NCBI GenBank assembly: GCA_964440115.1
Contig: CAYTPV010000001.1
Coordinates: forward strand, 341,528-405,527
Source: an uncultured Oscillospiraceae bacterium
GTDB taxonomy: Bacteria > Bacillota > Clostridia > Christensenellales > CAG-138
Direction of reading: 5' to 3'
Length of the DNA: 64,000 bases
The translations under genes and the position numbers were made by a program. A model generated the notes under the pieces. It worked only from the letters and a program-made list of their open reading frames with translations, searched no databases and had not been told where the DNA came from. Of this stretch, positions 8,157 through 18,959 are shown in pieces. Position 1 is the stretch's first letter; each line of letters opens with the position of its first letter.

Positions 8157-9224
8157 ATGGCTAACGTGGAAAAATCCAAAGCGCTGGAAATGGCGCTGGG
8201 CCAGATTGAAAAGCAATTCGGCAAAGGCGCGATCATGAAATTGGGAGACGCCGCAAGCAAAATCTCCGTTTCCACCATTTCTACCGGCTGTTTGGAGCTG
8301 GATTTTGCGCTGGGCGTAGGCGGCGTGCCGCGCGGCCGGATTATTGAAATATTCGGGCCTGAATCCTCCGGTAAAACGACTGTTGCGCTGCATATCATCG
8401 CTTCCGCGCAGCGCGAAGGCGGCACTGCCGCGTTTATAGATGCCGAACACGCGCTGGACCCTCTTTACGCGCAAAATCTCGGCGTCAATGTGGATGAACT
8501 CTATGTTTCGCAGCCGGATACGGGCGAGCAGGCGCTGGAAATCGCCGAAACGCTGGTGCGTTCGGGCGCGATGGATGTTATCGTCGTCGACTCCGTTGCA
8601 GCACTGGTACCCAAAGCCGAAATTGAAGGCGATATGGGCGACGCACATGTGGGTCTGCAGGCGCGCCTGATGTCCCAGGCATTAAGAAAGCTTGCGGGCA
8701 CCATATCCAAAACAAACACGATCGTGGTATTCATCAACCAGCTGCGCGAAAAAGTCGGCGTAATGTTCGGCAACCCCGAGACAACGCCCGGCGGTAAAGC
8801 GCTTAAATTCTATGCTTCCGTTCGTTTGGACGTACGCAAAATAGAAACGCTCAAAAGCGGCACGGAATTTGTGGGCAGCCGCACGCGCGTAAAGGTTGTG
8901 AAAAACAAGGTTGCGCCGCCGTTCAAGCAGGCGGAATTCGATATCATTTACGGCGAAGGCATTTCTCGCGAAGGCTCCATACTCGATCTTGCCACGCAGT
9001 ACAAGGTCATACAGAAAACCGGCGCATGGTACTCCTACGGCGATATGCGCATGGCGCAGGGCCGTGACAACGCGCGGCTGTTCCTCAAGGATAACCGGGA
9101 ACTGTGCGACCAGATCGAATCGCAGCTTCGCGGCATGCTGGAACAAGAGCGCGCCAAGGCTGCAGCGGAAAGCGAAGCGCGCCGCAGCTCCATGCAAGCC
9201 GTGTCCGCTGATATGGATGATTGA
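8157..9224 (+). CDS. recA: Recombinase RecA
   Basis: Unmistakable RecA sequence ([50 protein letters not shown]) with AGGAGG upstream. Confidence 0.98.
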   Translation: MANVEKSKALEMALGQIEKQFGKGAIMKLGDAASKISVSTISTGCLELDFALGVGGVPRGRIIEIFGPESSGKTTVALHIIASAQREGGTAAFIDAEHALDPLYAQNLGVNVDELYVSQPDTGEQALEIAETLVRSGAMDVIVVDSVAALVPKAEIEGDMGDAHVGLQARLMSQALRKLAGTISKTNTIVVFINQLREKVGVMFGNPETTPGGKALKFYASVRLDVRKIETLKSGTEFVGSRTRVKVVKNKVAPPFKQAEFDIIYGEGISREGSILDLATQYKVIQKTGAWYSYGDMRMAQGRDNARLFLKDNRELCDQIESQLRGMLEQERAKAAAESEARRSSMQAVSADMDD

Positions 9225-9301
9225 AGTCCCGATATTTTACCATAACAAATGGCGGATATCGCCATACTAATACAAGAACAATATCGCGGAGGAATCGTCA
9301 T

Positions 9302-9592
9302 ATGGAACAGCAGTCGCCTACCAACAACAAAGCAATCGCCTCTTTGGTGCTGGGCATACTTGCCGTCGCTTGCATATTCTTTGGCCGCGTATCCCTGCTG
9401 GGCGTTGCGCTGGGCGTTGTAGGCTTGGTGCTGGGTATCAGCGCCAAGAAAGAGTCTCCTTCGGGTATGGCCACGGCGGGCATCGTGCTGAGCATTATCG
9501 CAATCGCGTTATGCGTCATCGCGTTTATCGCGTGCGTCGCCTGCATCAGCAATCTGGCCACTGCGGGCATACTGGCGGGCAGGAATTACTAA
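9302..9592 (+). CDS. Small membrane protein (DUF4190-like, two TM segments)
   Basis: MEQQSPTNNKAIASLVLGILAVACIFFG... is preceded by GGAGGA. The part of the tracked ORF upstream of this Met has no coding character. Confidence 0.6.
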   Translation: MEQQSPTNNKAIASLVLGILAVACIFFGRVSLLGVALGVVGLVLGISAKKESPSGMATAGIVLSIIAIALCVIAFIACVACISNLATAGILAGRNY

Positions 9593-9606
9593 TTCAATAG
9601 GCTGTT

Positions 9607-9635
9607 GGGCGGACAGCGTTTGTCCGCCCTTTTTT
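9607..9635 (+). terminator. Rho-independent terminator
   Basis: Stem GGGCGGACA / TGTCCGCCC is followed by TTTTTT. Confidence 0.75.
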
Positions 9636-9653
9636 CATTGAGAAGAGGATAAT

Positions 9654-10463
9654 ATGCTTCCGTATCTGACTATATTTTCATTGCATATACCCATGTACGG
9701 GCTTTTGATTATGATCGGCAGCGCTCTGGGGGTATCCTTTGCGGCATACAGGAGGCGCGATACCGCAATACCCCGGCAGGATGTCTTTTATGCAGCCTGC
9801 TACGCTGGAATAGGCGCGTTTTTGGGGGCAAAGCTTTTGTATCTGGCGCTGACGCTGCCCAATCTCATCGCATCGGGTATACCCTTGACCTCAAAAGTGC
9901 TATACGAACTGTTTGCGTACGGGTTCGTATTTTACGGAGGCGTCATCGGCGGCCTCGGGGCAGTATTTGCATATTCCAAAAAATACGGCTTTTCTTATCT
10001 CCCCCTGATTGAAACGCTCATCCCTTCAGTGCCGCTCATACATGCGTTCGGACGCCTTGGGTGCTTTTGCGCGGGCTGCTGCTACGGCATTCCCATAGCG
10101 CCGCCGTGGGGCGTGTATTTCAGTGCGGGATCGGTTGCGCCGCAGGGCGTTGCACTGCTGCCTATACAGTTGTACGAGGCAGGGTTTAACATTCTGCTGT
10201 TCCTTTGCCTTATAGTCTATTCTTCAAAGAAACGCCCCGCAGGTCGTGTGATTGGCTTATATCTGACAGGATATGCGCCTGCGCGGTTTGCGCTGGAATT
10301 CTTCCGTTCCGACGCGGCCCGCGGGTTTTTATGGGGAGTGTCTACCTCGCAATGGATCAGCATACTGATGCTTTTGGCCGGGCTTTTCCTGCTCATAAGA
10401 AAAGCGCCGGAACACTGCCTGAAAACGCAAGCAGAATCCGGCGCACAAGCGCGAAAGGCGTAA
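9654..10463 (+). CDS. lgt: Prolipoprotein diacylglyceryl transferase
   Basis: Polytopic membrane protein with HAFGRLGCFCAGCCYG and LPIQLYEAGFN, which are typical Lgt blocks. Confidence 0.85.
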   Translation: MLPYLTIFSLHIPMYGLLIMIGSALGVSFAAYRRRDTAIPRQDVFYAACYAGIGAFLGAKLLYLALTLPNLIASGIPLTSKVLYELFAYGFVFYGGVIGGLGAVFAYSKKYGFSYLPLIETLIPSVPLIHAFGRLGCFCAGCCYGIPIAPPWGVYFSAGSVAPQGVALLPIQLYEAGFNILLFLCLIVYSSKKRPAGRVIGLYLTGYAPARFALEFFRSDAARGFLWGVSTSQWISILMLLAGLFLLIRKAPEHCLKTQAESGAQARKA

Positions 10464-10467
10464 CCTT

Positions 10468-11187
10468 TTACCACTGATTTCCCGTAGAACCGACGACTGA
10501 CCTGCCCGTCAGTTCCAAATAGAAGCAGGCCTGCGCAGTCTGCATATACGGCATGATCCATAAGCCGACGATACCGAACGTCAATGCGCTGAGCAGCCAC
10601 CACCCGATGAAACTGAGCTGCAGACAAAACAGCCTGCCCTTATTGCCATCCATGAGCTGCTTTGAACGGTCAACTGCTTCGCGGATACCTATCTGCGGAT
10701 ACTCCGCCATCAAATAGGGCGCCATGGAATAGCGATATCCGGCGACGATGCCGGGTATGATCAGGAGCAGCGACCACAGCAGTACAAACAGCCCCATAAA
10801 CAACCGGAGCCCCAGCGCCTTTAGAAAAATACCGAACCGATCGAACAGCCATCCGAAGGAAGGCCCCTCGCCCAGACTCATTCTGGTATGGAATGTGCAT
10901 GCGCCCAGCTCAAAAGCGCCGCCTATGATGAATGTAACAATCCCCCAAATGCTGGTCACCTTGATAAAGTCTCTCATGCCGTCCATTACCTGCGCATAGT
11001 ACGCGAAGTAAGGGACATTTTGCATTTTTTCATACGTATTGTTTAGCGCATTGCTCAATGTGGCAAGGGGGTTCCCACTCAATCCCCCCAGCAGAGCTGC
11101 AACGATGCAGACGAGTATTGCGATGCCCCAATTTCCTTTTAACCTTATACGCGCAGCATTCCGAAAATCCCGTGCGGATGACCTCAT
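10468..11187 (-). CDS. DUF975-family integral membrane protein
   Basis: It has the N-terminus FRNAARIRLKGNWGIAILVCIVAALLGG and a multi-TM body resembling the DUF975 family (from memory). Confidence 0.65.
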   Translation of the reverse strand: MRSSARDFRNAARIRLKGNWGIAILVCIVAALLGGLSGNPLATLSNALNNTYEKMQNVPYFAYYAQVMDGMRDFIKVTSIWGIVTFIIGGAFELGACTFHTRMSLGEGPSFGWLFDRFGIFLKALGLRLFMGLFVLLWSLLLIIPGIVAGYRYSMAPYLMAEYPQIGIREAVDRSKQLMDGNKGRLFCLQLSFIGWWLLSALTFGIVGLWIMPYMQTAQACFYLELTGRSVVGSTGNQW

Positions 11188-11273
11188 TTTATGTACCCCT
11201 TCCCATCTTTTGTCGATTGTTGCCGCTAAGAAAATAATACCATGTCAATTGGTGTGTGTGCAATCGTGCGCAC

Positions 11274-11303
11274 TTGACAAAGATAAGCGCAATACACTAC
11301 TAT
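11274..11303 (+). promoter_or_regulatory. Candidate promoter of the cysS leader
   Basis: TTGACA (11274-11279), 18-nt spacer, TACTAT (11298-11303). Confidence 0.4.
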
Positions 11304-11309
11304 AAAAAA

Positions 11310-11562
11310 TGAAGAAAAGCGAAGACGGGAAAAGAGTACCCGCGCGCAGCGTTTTCAGAGAGGGCGGGCCACATGGCTGCAAGCCTGCCCGGCAATGCGG
11401 CGGTGAAGTGCGTTCCCACAGCCGCCCGCGACAAAGGCAAGTTGCCAAGTACTGCGGGACGTTTGCCGCGTTAAGGTGAGAAGCGGGGGTGAAGGATTAT
11501 TGCCCCAAGCAAAGTGGAACCGCGGAACATCCCGTCTTTGTATGAGACGGCGGTGTTTTTTG
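11310..11562 (+). promoter_or_regulatory. T-box leader (tRNA-Cys specifier UGC) with terminator
   Basis: Stem I elements are AGAGAG and GGCTGCAAG. The specifier-loop-like GTGAAGTGCG contains TGC. The T-box sequence is AAAGTGGAACCGCGG. The terminator CCCGTCT/AGACGG is followed by GGTGTTTTTT (11531-11561). It sits upstream of cysS. Confidence 0.75.
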
Positions 11563-11650
11563 TTTGTAAAGCCCTGGTTTTACATTGCGCCTTGTTGGTT
11601 TATCAAAATATCAGTATGTTAGACGAAGCGCGTTCAAGGGAGGATATCTG

Positions 11651-13039
11651 ATGCAATTATACAACACAATGACCCGTAAAAAAGAAGAGCTCGTGCCTGT
11701 TCAACCCGGTAAAATCAGCATGTACGCCTGCGGCCCTACTGTTTACAACTATTTTCACATAGGCAACGCACGCCCGTTCATCGTATTCGATACGCTGCGC
11801 AGGTATCTCGAATACCAGGGGTATGCGGTGACATTCGCACAGAACTTTACGGATATCGACGACAAAATGATCCGCCGCGCCAACGAAGAGGGCATCACCG
11901 TAAAGGAACTGAGCGAACGCTTTATAAAGGAATACTACGACGATGCGGATGCATTGGGCATCGAGCGTGCCACATTCAATCCGCGCGCTACGGACCATAT
12001 CAAGGACATCATCGATTTGGTGCAGACTCTCATTGAGAAAGGCCACGCTTACGCAACCCCGGAAGGAGACGTCTATTTCTCCGTACGCAGTTTTTCCGGC
12101 TATGGCAAACTTTCCGGGCAGAGTGTGGACGATCTGGAAAGCGGTGCGCGCATAGACCCCGGCGAGCAGAAGCGCGACCCGCTGGATTTCGCGCTTTGGA
12201 AGGCGCAGAAGCCCGGCGAACCCGCCTGGGAAAGTCCGTGGGGCATGGGCCGCCCCGGCTGGCACATCGAGTGCTCCGCCATGAGCATGCGCTTATTAGG
12301 CGAAACATTCGATATTCATGCCGGCGGGCAGGATCTGGTATTCCCGCACCATGAAAACGAAATCGCGCAGAGCGAAGCGGCCACCGGCAAACCCTTTGCG
12401 AACTATTGGCTGCACAACGGCTATATCAACGTCAATAACCAGAAGATGTCCAAGAGCCTGAACAACTTCTTCACGGTTCGCGATATCTCCAAGGAATTTG
12501 ATCTGGAGGCCGTGCGGCTGTTCATGCTCAGCGCACAGTACCGCAACCCTGTCAATTTTTCACGTGAGCTCATCGAGCAGGCTGCGGCGGCGCTCACAAG
12601 GCTTCGCACCGCCAAGGAACGGCTGGAGCAGGCGCAGACCGGCCCGGCTACCGCAGAGGATGACGCGTTCATCAAAGAACTGGAAGGCTTCAAAGTCTGT
12701 TTCTGCGCCGCTATGGACGACGATTTGAACACCGCCGACGCGCTGGGTGTGCTGTTCGATATGGCGCGTGCCTGCAATACGTTCGTTAGTGAACCGCACG
12801 GGGAAAAGGCCGTCAACGCGGCACGCGCGCTCTTTACGGAGTTGACCGGCGTATTGGGACTGCTTGTTCAGAAAAAGGAAGAAGAAGCCCCCGCGGAAGC
12901 GCTTGCTCTGCTTGATCAGCGGCAGCAGGCCCGCGCCGCAAAGGATTGGGCGAAAGCCGACGCCATGCGTGACGCGCTCAAGGCGATGGGCTATGCCGTG
13001 GAGGATACCAAGCAGGGTCCCAAGCTTAAGAAGCTGTAA
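11651..13039 (+). CDS. cysS: Cysteine--tRNA ligase
   Basis: [16 protein letters not shown]..., a HIGN (HIGH) motif and KMSKS are present. GGGAGG lies upstream of ATG 11651. Confidence 0.96.
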   Translation: MQLYNTMTRKKEELVPVQPGKISMYACGPTVYNYFHIGNARPFIVFDTLRRYLEYQGYAVTFAQNFTDIDDKMIRRANEEGITVKELSERFIKEYYDDADALGIERATFNPRATDHIKDIIDLVQTLIEKGHAYATPEGDVYFSVRSFSGYGKLSGQSVDDLESGARIDPGEQKRDPLDFALWKAQKPGEPAWESPWGMGRPGWHIECSAMSMRLLGETFDIHAGGQDLVFPHHENEIAQSEAATGKPFANYWLHNGYINVNNQKMSKSLNNFFTVRDISKEFDLEAVRLFMLSAQYRNPVNFSRELIEQAAAALTRLRTAKERLEQAQTGPATAEDDAFIKELEGFKVCFCAAMDDDLNTADALGVLFDMARACNTFVSEPHGEKAVNAARALFTELTGVLGLLVQKKEEEAPAEALALLDQRQQARAAKDWAKADAMRDALKAMGYAVEDTKQGPKLKKL

Positions 13040-13074
13040 TTCCTTAGATACTATCCTGTTAAAGCCAGAAAGGA

Positions 13075-13109
13075 CCGTCTGAGTATGAAACTCTCAGACG
13101 GCCCTTTTT
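13075..13109 (+). terminator. Rho-independent terminator (usable from both converging genes)
   Basis: Stem CCGTCTGAG / CTCAGACGG is followed by CCCTTTTT. The minus-strand reading is also followed by a T-rich tract. Confidence 0.75.
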
Positions 13110-13137
13110 AAATGGCGCGTACTCTGCCTTTTTGTGT

Positions 13138-13896
13138 TTATTTCCCGGGATATTTGTCAGATCCGGCAGCAGGCACAAATAGAGACGTAAATTCTTTCCC
13201 GCGAACATCTACCAAGTAATACCCGTGCTCCTGTTTTGAATCGATCATGCGCATGCCGCAGGGAGAACCCGGATTAAACGCCTTGCCGTGTTCTTCACGG
13301 GCGTGCCTGTGCCCCAGCGCAAAATACTCCACCAACCCGTCGAACGGCTGCAAATCCAGCCTTGTAATCCCACCAGCCGGCAGTGAACCCGCATATACGC
13401 CGGTATGCAGCATCACCACCGTAAACCCGTCATAAGGCGCAAGTTGGCTTGAAACTGAGGCCAGCCTTTCCCGTGTTTGATCGCCGAGGTATCCTAAGCC
13501 TACAATTCGCACACCGTCCGTAATCGCCGCGCAGCCGGTGTGGCCGTTATAGGCGGCAATGCTAATTCTGCCCGTATTATTCAACTCCGGCTGCAGCAGA
13601 TGCAACAAAGATCGTTTCTGAAGTTCCAAAAGACAGTCAGCGCCCTGCCCGTAAAAATCATGATTTCCGCTTACGCAGTAAACGGGAATCCGCGCGTTGT
13701 GTAAGCGCGCAAGTGAGTTTTCTACGGCATTCTCTGCTTCCTCACTTCGAACGGATCGGTCAAACAAATCACCGGCAATCAGCACCGCATTCGCCTGTGA
13801 GTCGATTGCCGCCTGCGCAAGAGCACACAAACAGGCGACGCCCATTTCAGTTCCGCCGCTTCCAATGTGCAGATCCGCGCAGTGCAAAAACCGCAT
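13138..13896 (-). CDS. Metallophosphoesterase (calcineurin-like, SbcD/Mre11-type motifs)
   Basis: MRFLHCADLHIG, GDLFD and SGNHD motifs are present. GGGGGA RBS precedes ATG 13896. Confidence 0.78.
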   Translation of the reverse strand: MRFLHCADLHIGSGGTEMGVACLCALAQAAIDSQANAVLIAGDLFDRSVRSEEAENAVENSLARLHNARIPVYCVSGNHDFYGQGADCLLELQKRSLLHLLQPELNNTGRISIAAYNGHTGCAAITDGVRIVGLGYLGDQTRERLASVSSQLAPYDGFTVVMLHTGVYAGSLPAGGITRLDLQPFDGLVEYFALGHRHAREEHGKAFNPGSPCGMRMIDSKQEHGYYLVDVRGKEFTSLFVPAAGSDKYPGK

Positions 13897-13985
13897 GAAT
13901 CCCCCGTCGTTCTCAAATTGCCGCAACACGGCTTTTGTTTTATTGTATCACGGCTTTGGTTTGTATCAAGCAAGTCTATACATTT

Positions 13986-15062
13986 CTATGGCGCCCAGCG
14001 CAGTTCGGGCGTGGGGGTGGCTGTATTCTTAGATGGCGACGCAGCGGCAGTCGGCGCGGGACTTTGGCTGCCCACAGGCTTCACCTTACCCATCTGCACG
14101 GTCTCTACGATTGCCTGCGCGAGATATGGGACAGCGTTGAGACACTCTTCTAGCGTATTGGCATTATCCCCTACCTCGGCCAGCAGACACTGGCTGGAGA
14201 TATGCTGGTTATATCGGCCTGTTTTTACGCGTACATTGCGCGCAAGATCGGGGTTGAATTGTGCAAGGCGGTTGGTAATGGCAAGGGCCAGCGCATAATT
14301 GCTTTTAAAATCCGGCTTTATCTTATAGCCGGTGCCCGTCGCGCCTTCGCCGGTACCCACCACAAACATCAGCCGCGCAACCTTCTTGCCGTCTATGGTA
14401 ACAGACGTATCCGTTTTACCGGCATCGCGATGCAAGTCGATGAACATGGTCAATGACGGATATTGCTCTTTATACTTTTTCATGGTGACTTCGGAGCGAG
14501 AATAAGAAGTAGCCAGCTTGGGCGGTTCATGATTGGTTTTGTCGTGTATGACGTTACAGCCATATTTATCGCGAAGTATCTGCGCAAGCAGCTCGCCTAC
14601 GGCAACGACGCTCGCATCTTCGTCCAGCGTACGCCAGCTGCCGGTTTCCACATATTGATGTTCAGGTGTCTGCGTGTAGGCTTCCGTATAATGCGTATGA
14701 TAGATGAGTATGCGCGGTTCATCTCCGCCCAACTGCACGGACGGAGGCGCTTTTGGGGATAGTACCTGTATGCGCATGGCCTCACCCACGCCCGCGTCCA
14801 CGTCTACGCGCGCGATCGTCATGGGCGGCGCGGTCGGCGCCATCGTAGGCCGCGGCGCGGCGTAAACAGCCGGCATGGCCATGAGCAGAAGCCGCTCGCT
14901 CGCGGGGCCGGTCGTAATCAGCGCGAGGGATAGTATGGTAAGCAGCAGTACGCCCGCCGCAATAAGACGCACATGCAGCGCGCTCAGGGAGCGTTTCCCC
15001 GGAGCGCGCCGCCGTTTTGATATTTTCTTGCCCGCAATGCGCTTTGTCCATATCCTGTCCAT
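13986..15062 (-). CDS. spoIIP: Stage II sporulation protein P
   Basis: It has an N-terminal TM anchor, then ILIYHTHYTEAY and FIDLHRDA blocks characteristic of SpoIIP. It is adjacent to gpr, as in many sporeformers. Confidence 0.82.
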   Translation of the reverse strand: MDRIWTKRIAGKKISKRRRAPGKRSLSALHVRLIAAGVLLLTILSLALITTGPASERLLLMAMPAVYAAPRPTMAPTAPPMTIARVDVDAGVGEAMRIQVLSPKAPPSVQLGGDEPRILIYHTHYTEAYTQTPEHQYVETGSWRTLDEDASVVAVGELLAQILRDKYGCNVIHDKTNHEPPKLATSYSRSEVTMKKYKEQYPSLTMFIDLHRDAGKTDTSVTIDGKKVARLMFVVGTGEGATGTGYKIKPDFKSNYALALAITNRLAQFNPDLARNVRVKTGRYNQHISSQCLLAEVGDNANTLEECLNAVPYLAQAIVETVQMGKVKPVGSQSPAPTAAASPSKNTATPTPELRWAP

Positions 15063-15131
15063 GTAGTAAAGGTATGCGCAAAAAGCATCCGCTATGACTT
15101 GGACAAGACATCTAACTAAGTTAATCTGCGT

Positions 15132-16127
15132 TTACGCGAGCAGTTCTTTTACCTGATCGAAGTACGGTTTATGCAGCGCGAGATTGACGGCTTCGGATAG
15201 TATACCCGCCATATCCGATACGATGGTATCGATTTCCTTGGGGGTGACGATCATGGGACCGAAATGCTCGCTGATCACCTTCTCTGCGAGACGCCGCAGT
15301 TCTTCCTCATCGGTGTGCAGGCCTGTCTTATCGGCTATCATGCTGATGGTATCCTGCGATATGGTCGCGGCGAGAACCACTGTGGGCACGCCTATGGCGA
15401 TAACCGGAACGCCGAGACTTTCCTGCGACAGCCCCATTCTGCCGTCGTTGCCCACGCCGGAACCCGGCTGTATGCCGGTATCCGTGAGCTGTATCGTGGT
15501 ACTGATTCGTCCTGCGCGCCGCGAAGCAAGCGCGTCTATGGCGATTACCGCAGCCGGTTTTACGCGCTCCACCAACCCGCGCAGCATTTCAAGTGTCTCC
15601 ACGCCTGTCGTGCCCAGCACCCCCGGCGCGATAGCCGCCACGGGCCGCATAGGCTCACCAATAATATCCGGCAGATGCTGCGTAATGTGCCGGGTCACGA
15701 ATGTCTTTTCTACAACTCGCGGCCCAAGCGCGTCCGGCGTGATAAAGCGGTTGCCCAACCCCACAACCAATATACCCATATCCACGCCGCCTTCGGGCAG
15801 CAGGCGCGTAAGCTCCTCCGCAAGCGTTTCGGACACCTTCTGGAACACCGCAGTATCCCTCTGCGCCAGTGCAGGCGCTTCGATGGTCACATACTTGCCG
15901 ATGGGTTTTCCCAGCTTCTGCGCAGCTTCCTGCGTCTGTACCTCTATGCGGGATATCGCCGCATCTCCTATTTCTTCCTCCTGCTCAGCCACACCGGGCA
16001 GGTCGGGATTGATTTCGCGCGCTTCGCGCGCTAGGTCTGTGTAGATATTGCCGGCTTTCGACCATCCCGGATGCTCCTTGAGCGCATCCATTGCCTTACG
16101 CAGTTTATCCCTGCCTGTGACGCTCAT
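15132..16127 (-). CDS. gpr: Germination protease (GPR endopeptidase)
   Basis: YTDLAREA, VVGLGNRFITPDALGPRVV and AIDALASR blocks are present. AGGAGA RBS precedes ATG 16127; the tracked ORF begins further upstream. Confidence 0.85.
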   Translation of the reverse strand: MSVTGRDKLRKAMDALKEHPGWSKAGNIYTDLAREAREINPDLPGVAEQEEEIGDAAISRIEVQTQEAAQKLGKPIGKYVTIEAPALAQRDTAVFQKVSETLAEELTRLLPEGGVDMGILVVGLGNRFITPDALGPRVVEKTFVTRHITQHLPDIIGEPMRPVAAIAPGVLGTTGVETLEMLRGLVERVKPAAVIAIDALASRRAGRISTTIQLTDTGIQPGSGVGNDGRMGLSQESLGVPVIAIGVPTVVLAATISQDTISMIADKTGLHTDEEELRRLAEKVISEHFGPMIVTPKEIDTIVSDMAGILSEAVNLALHKPYFDQVKELLA

Positions 16128-16234
16128 CGTACTGTCTCCTTCGCATACAAATACCCCGGCAGACTGCCGGGGTATTAGTGTGAGCCATATTCGCACCAAC
16201 TATGCTTTAACGCATTTGAGGTGTTTTACGTTCT

Positions 16235-16966
16235 TTATGCTTTGCCCTTTTTGCCGCTTTTGCCCAAATACGCCGCCTTGACGCTTTCATCGTTCAAAAG
16301 CTCCATGCCGGTGCCTGTCATAGTTACATGGCCAGTCTGCAGCACATAACCGCGGTTTGCAATGCGCAGCGCGGCGTTGGCGTTCTGCTCAATCAAAAGT
16401 ACCGTAACGCCTGCTTTGTTGATGCGCACGATGATTTCAAATATGCTTTTTACCACAAGCGGCGCAAGGCCCAACGAAGGTTCATCCATCATAATTAGCT
16501 TCGGCTTTGCCATGAGAGCGCGCCCGACCGCGAGCATCTGCTGCTCACCGCCCGAAAGCGTGCCTGCCATCTGCCAATGCCGCTCCTTCAGGCGAGGAAA
16601 CAGGGAGTACACATACTCTATGTCCTTCTGTATGCCGTCTTCATCCTTGCGCAGATACGCGCCTATGCGCAGATTTTCAAGCACCGTCAGGTTGGGGAAA
16701 ACGCGGCGGCCTTCGGGAACCATAACAACGCCGCGCTCAACTGTCTTCTGCGTATCCACGCCCAATACGGGCTGGTCCATATAGATAATGCTGCCTGCGC
16801 TGGCGGGCACAAGACCCGCGATGGTGCGCAGAGTCGTGGATTTGCCTGCGCCGTTTGCGCCTATAAGCGTGACGATCTCACCCTCATCCACATGGAAGGA
16901 TATGCCCTTGAGCGCTTCGATGCCGCCATAGGACACCTTGAGGTCTTTGACTTCCAGCAAGCTCAT
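16235..16966 (-). CDS. livF: Branched-chain amino acid ABC transporter, ATP-binding protein (LivF-like)
   Basis: Walker A GANGAGKST, signature LSGGEQQ, and operon context. Confidence 0.88.
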   Translation of the reverse strand: MSLLEVKDLKVSYGGIEALKGISFHVDEGEIVTLIGANGAGKSTTLRTIAGLVPASAGSIIYMDQPVLGVDTQKTVERGVVMVPEGRRVFPNLTVLENLRIGAYLRKDEDGIQKDIEYVYSLFPRLKERHWQMAGTLSGGEQQMLAVGRALMAKPKLIMMDEPSLGLAPLVVKSIFEIIVRINKAGVTVLLIEQNANAALRIANRGYVLQTGHVTMTGTGMELLNDESVKAAYLGKSGKKGKA

Positions 16967-17802
16967 TCTTCCTCCACCCCCAAATACGCGGCAATGACGT
17001 CGGGATTATCCTGTACCTCGGCCGGCGTACCCTTAGCAATCTGCTTGCCGAAGTCTATGACATAGATGCGGTCAGATATCTCCATGACGAGGTTCATATG
17101 ATGCTCGATCATAAACACCGTCAGGTGGAAATCGTCCTTAATTTTACGAATAAACGCCGTCAGCTCATCCGTTTCCTGCGGGTTCATACCGGCAGCCGGT
17201 TCGTCCAGCAGCAGCAGAGTAGGTTCTGTCGCAAGGGCACGGGCAATTTCCAGATGCCGCTGCTTGCCGTAAGGCAGGGAGCCCGCGATTTCATCCTTAA
17301 ACTCCTGCAGACCGACGATTTCAAGAAGCCGCAGCGCTTCAGAGCGCATCTGCTGTTCTTCTTTGCGGTTGAGCCGGAACACGGCGGAAAATAAGCCTGC
17401 TTTGATGTTCATGTGCTTTGCGATGAGCACATTCTCAAGCACTGTCAGGTTTCTGAACAACCGGATATTCTGGAATGTGCGCGCAATGCCGAGCTTGGTA
17501 ATTTTATCCGGCGTTTTGCTCACAGCCACGGTATATTTGCCCTGATTGGTGCTCGCGTACAGCTTTTTCATTTTCCCGCGCGGAAAATTGCTGACGATGA
17601 CATTATCATGGAACCGGACCTCGCCGTTGGTAGGCGCGTAAACGCCGGTAACCACGTTGAACGCTGTCGTCTTTCCTGCGCCGTTGGGGCCGATGAGCGC
17701 GACAATTTCGCCTTCGTTTACGACGAGGGACAGACTGTCCACCGCCACAACGCCGCCAAACTGCATGGTAACATCGCGCATTTCCAGTACGTGTTCACTC
17801 AT
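16963..17802 (-). CDS. livG: Branched-chain amino acid ABC transporter, ATP-binding protein (LivG-like)
   Basis: Walker A GPNGAGKTT, signature LPYGKQRHLEIARAL, and a 4-nt overlap with neighbours. Confidence 0.88.
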   Translation of the reverse strand: MSEHVLEMRDVTMQFGGVVAVDSLSLVVNEGEIVALIGPNGAGKTTAFNVVTGVYAPTNGEVRFHDNVIVSNFPRGKMKKLYASTNQGKYTVAVSKTPDKITKLGIARTFQNIRLFRNLTVLENVLIAKHMNIKAGLFSAVFRLNRKEEQQMRSEALRLLEIVGLQEFKDEIAGSLPYGKQRHLEIARALATEPTLLLLDEPAAGMNPQETDELTAFIRKIKDDFHLTVFMIEHHMNLVMEISDRIYVIDFGKQIAKGTPAEVQDNPDVIAAYLGVEEE

Positions 17803-18959
17803 TTCGCGTCACCTCCCGCCGGAGATTTTCCGAATTTCTTCTTTATTAAGGCTGGGATATTTCTTATACCCTCCCATGAAAATTCGTTGGTGCCCATGAT
17901 ACCGCGGCGGTAGAACAGAACAACCACCATGAGCAGTACGGAGAATACAACCATACGGAAACCGGTGCGGAACAGCGGCACTTCCCATCCGCCAATCACG
18001 AGCGGCTGATCGAAGAACCTCAGCCACCATTCCTTGCTGGCGGTTACGAGGAACGCGCCAAGCACGCTGCCGGTGACGCTGCCAATGCCGCCGATGACGA
18101 TAATGAGCAGCATATCGTAGGTCAGGGCAATGGAGAATGTCTTGGCTTCGATGGAACGCATGAACATGGCCAGCAATCCACCGGCGACAGCCGTAAAGAA
18201 GGAGCTGATGACGAAAGACATTTCCTTATGCTTGAAAAGGTCGACGCCCATTGCCTCTGCAGCGATTTCGTCCTCACGGATGGCCTTGAACGCCCGGCCG
18301 TAAGAGCTCGTAATCAGCAGCACCATCAGCGTGATACACAATGCCGCAATCAAAAACGGGGTGACAAGCGAGGGGATGAGTCCCCCGAACAGCTCCGGAA
18401 AATTCGGGATTTTGTTAAGACCATACGATCCGTTGGTCACCTGATCCATCTGGGGGCTCGACATGACCGCGCGAATAATTTCAGAAAAGCCCAGCGTCGC
18501 GATGGCGAGATAATCGCTTTTGAGCCGCAGCACGGGGATGCCTATGAGCGCAGCGAACAGCGCTGCCGCAAGCCCGCCGATGATCAGGGCAAGGAACGGA
18601 TACAGCGATTGCAGCCATGCGGGAGAGGCTTCAAGCGCCATTTTCAATGCGCGGATGCCCGGCGCAACGCCGTTTACGTAGTAAACGCCATCCAAGTTTT
18701 TAACGGGTATCATCAGTATCGCCGTAATGTATGCGCCTATGGACATGAACCCCGCCTGCCCGAGTGAAAACAGGCCGGTAAAGCCGTTTAAGAGGTTCAT
18801 GGAAACGGCGACTATGGAAAGTATCGCGCTCTTTTGCAATATGGCAATCAGCATGCCGTTTTCGTTCTTATGCGCCTGCAGCACATAAAGCAGAACGAGC
18901 GCGACGGCCATCACTGCGAGGGAACAGATGCGTTTTGTTGATTTTTTCATATGCATCAC
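17799..18959 (-). CDS. livM: Branched-chain amino acid ABC transporter permease (LivM-like)
   Basis: Polytopic permease that overlaps livH and livG ends. The start may be the Met 3 codons downstream (18950). Confidence 0.85.
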   Translation of the reverse strand: MMHMKKSTKRICSLAVMAVALVLLYVLQAHKNENGMLIAILQKSAILSIVAVSMNLLNGFTGLFSLGQAGFMSIGAYITAILMIPVKNLDGVYYVNGVAPGIRALKMALEASPAWLQSLYPFLALIIGGLAAALFAALIGIPVLRLKSDYLAIATLGFSEIIRAVMSSPQMDQVTNGSYGLNKIPNFPELFGGLIPSLVTPFLIAALCITLMVLLITSSYGRAFKAIREDEIAAEAMGVDLFKHKEMSFVISSFFTAVAGGLLAMFMRSIEAKTFSIALTYDMLLIIVIGGIGSVTGSVLGAFLVTASKEWWLRFFDQPLVIGGWEVPLFRTGFRMVVFSVLLMVVVLFYRRGIMGTNEFSWEGIRNIPALIKKKFGKSPAGGDAK

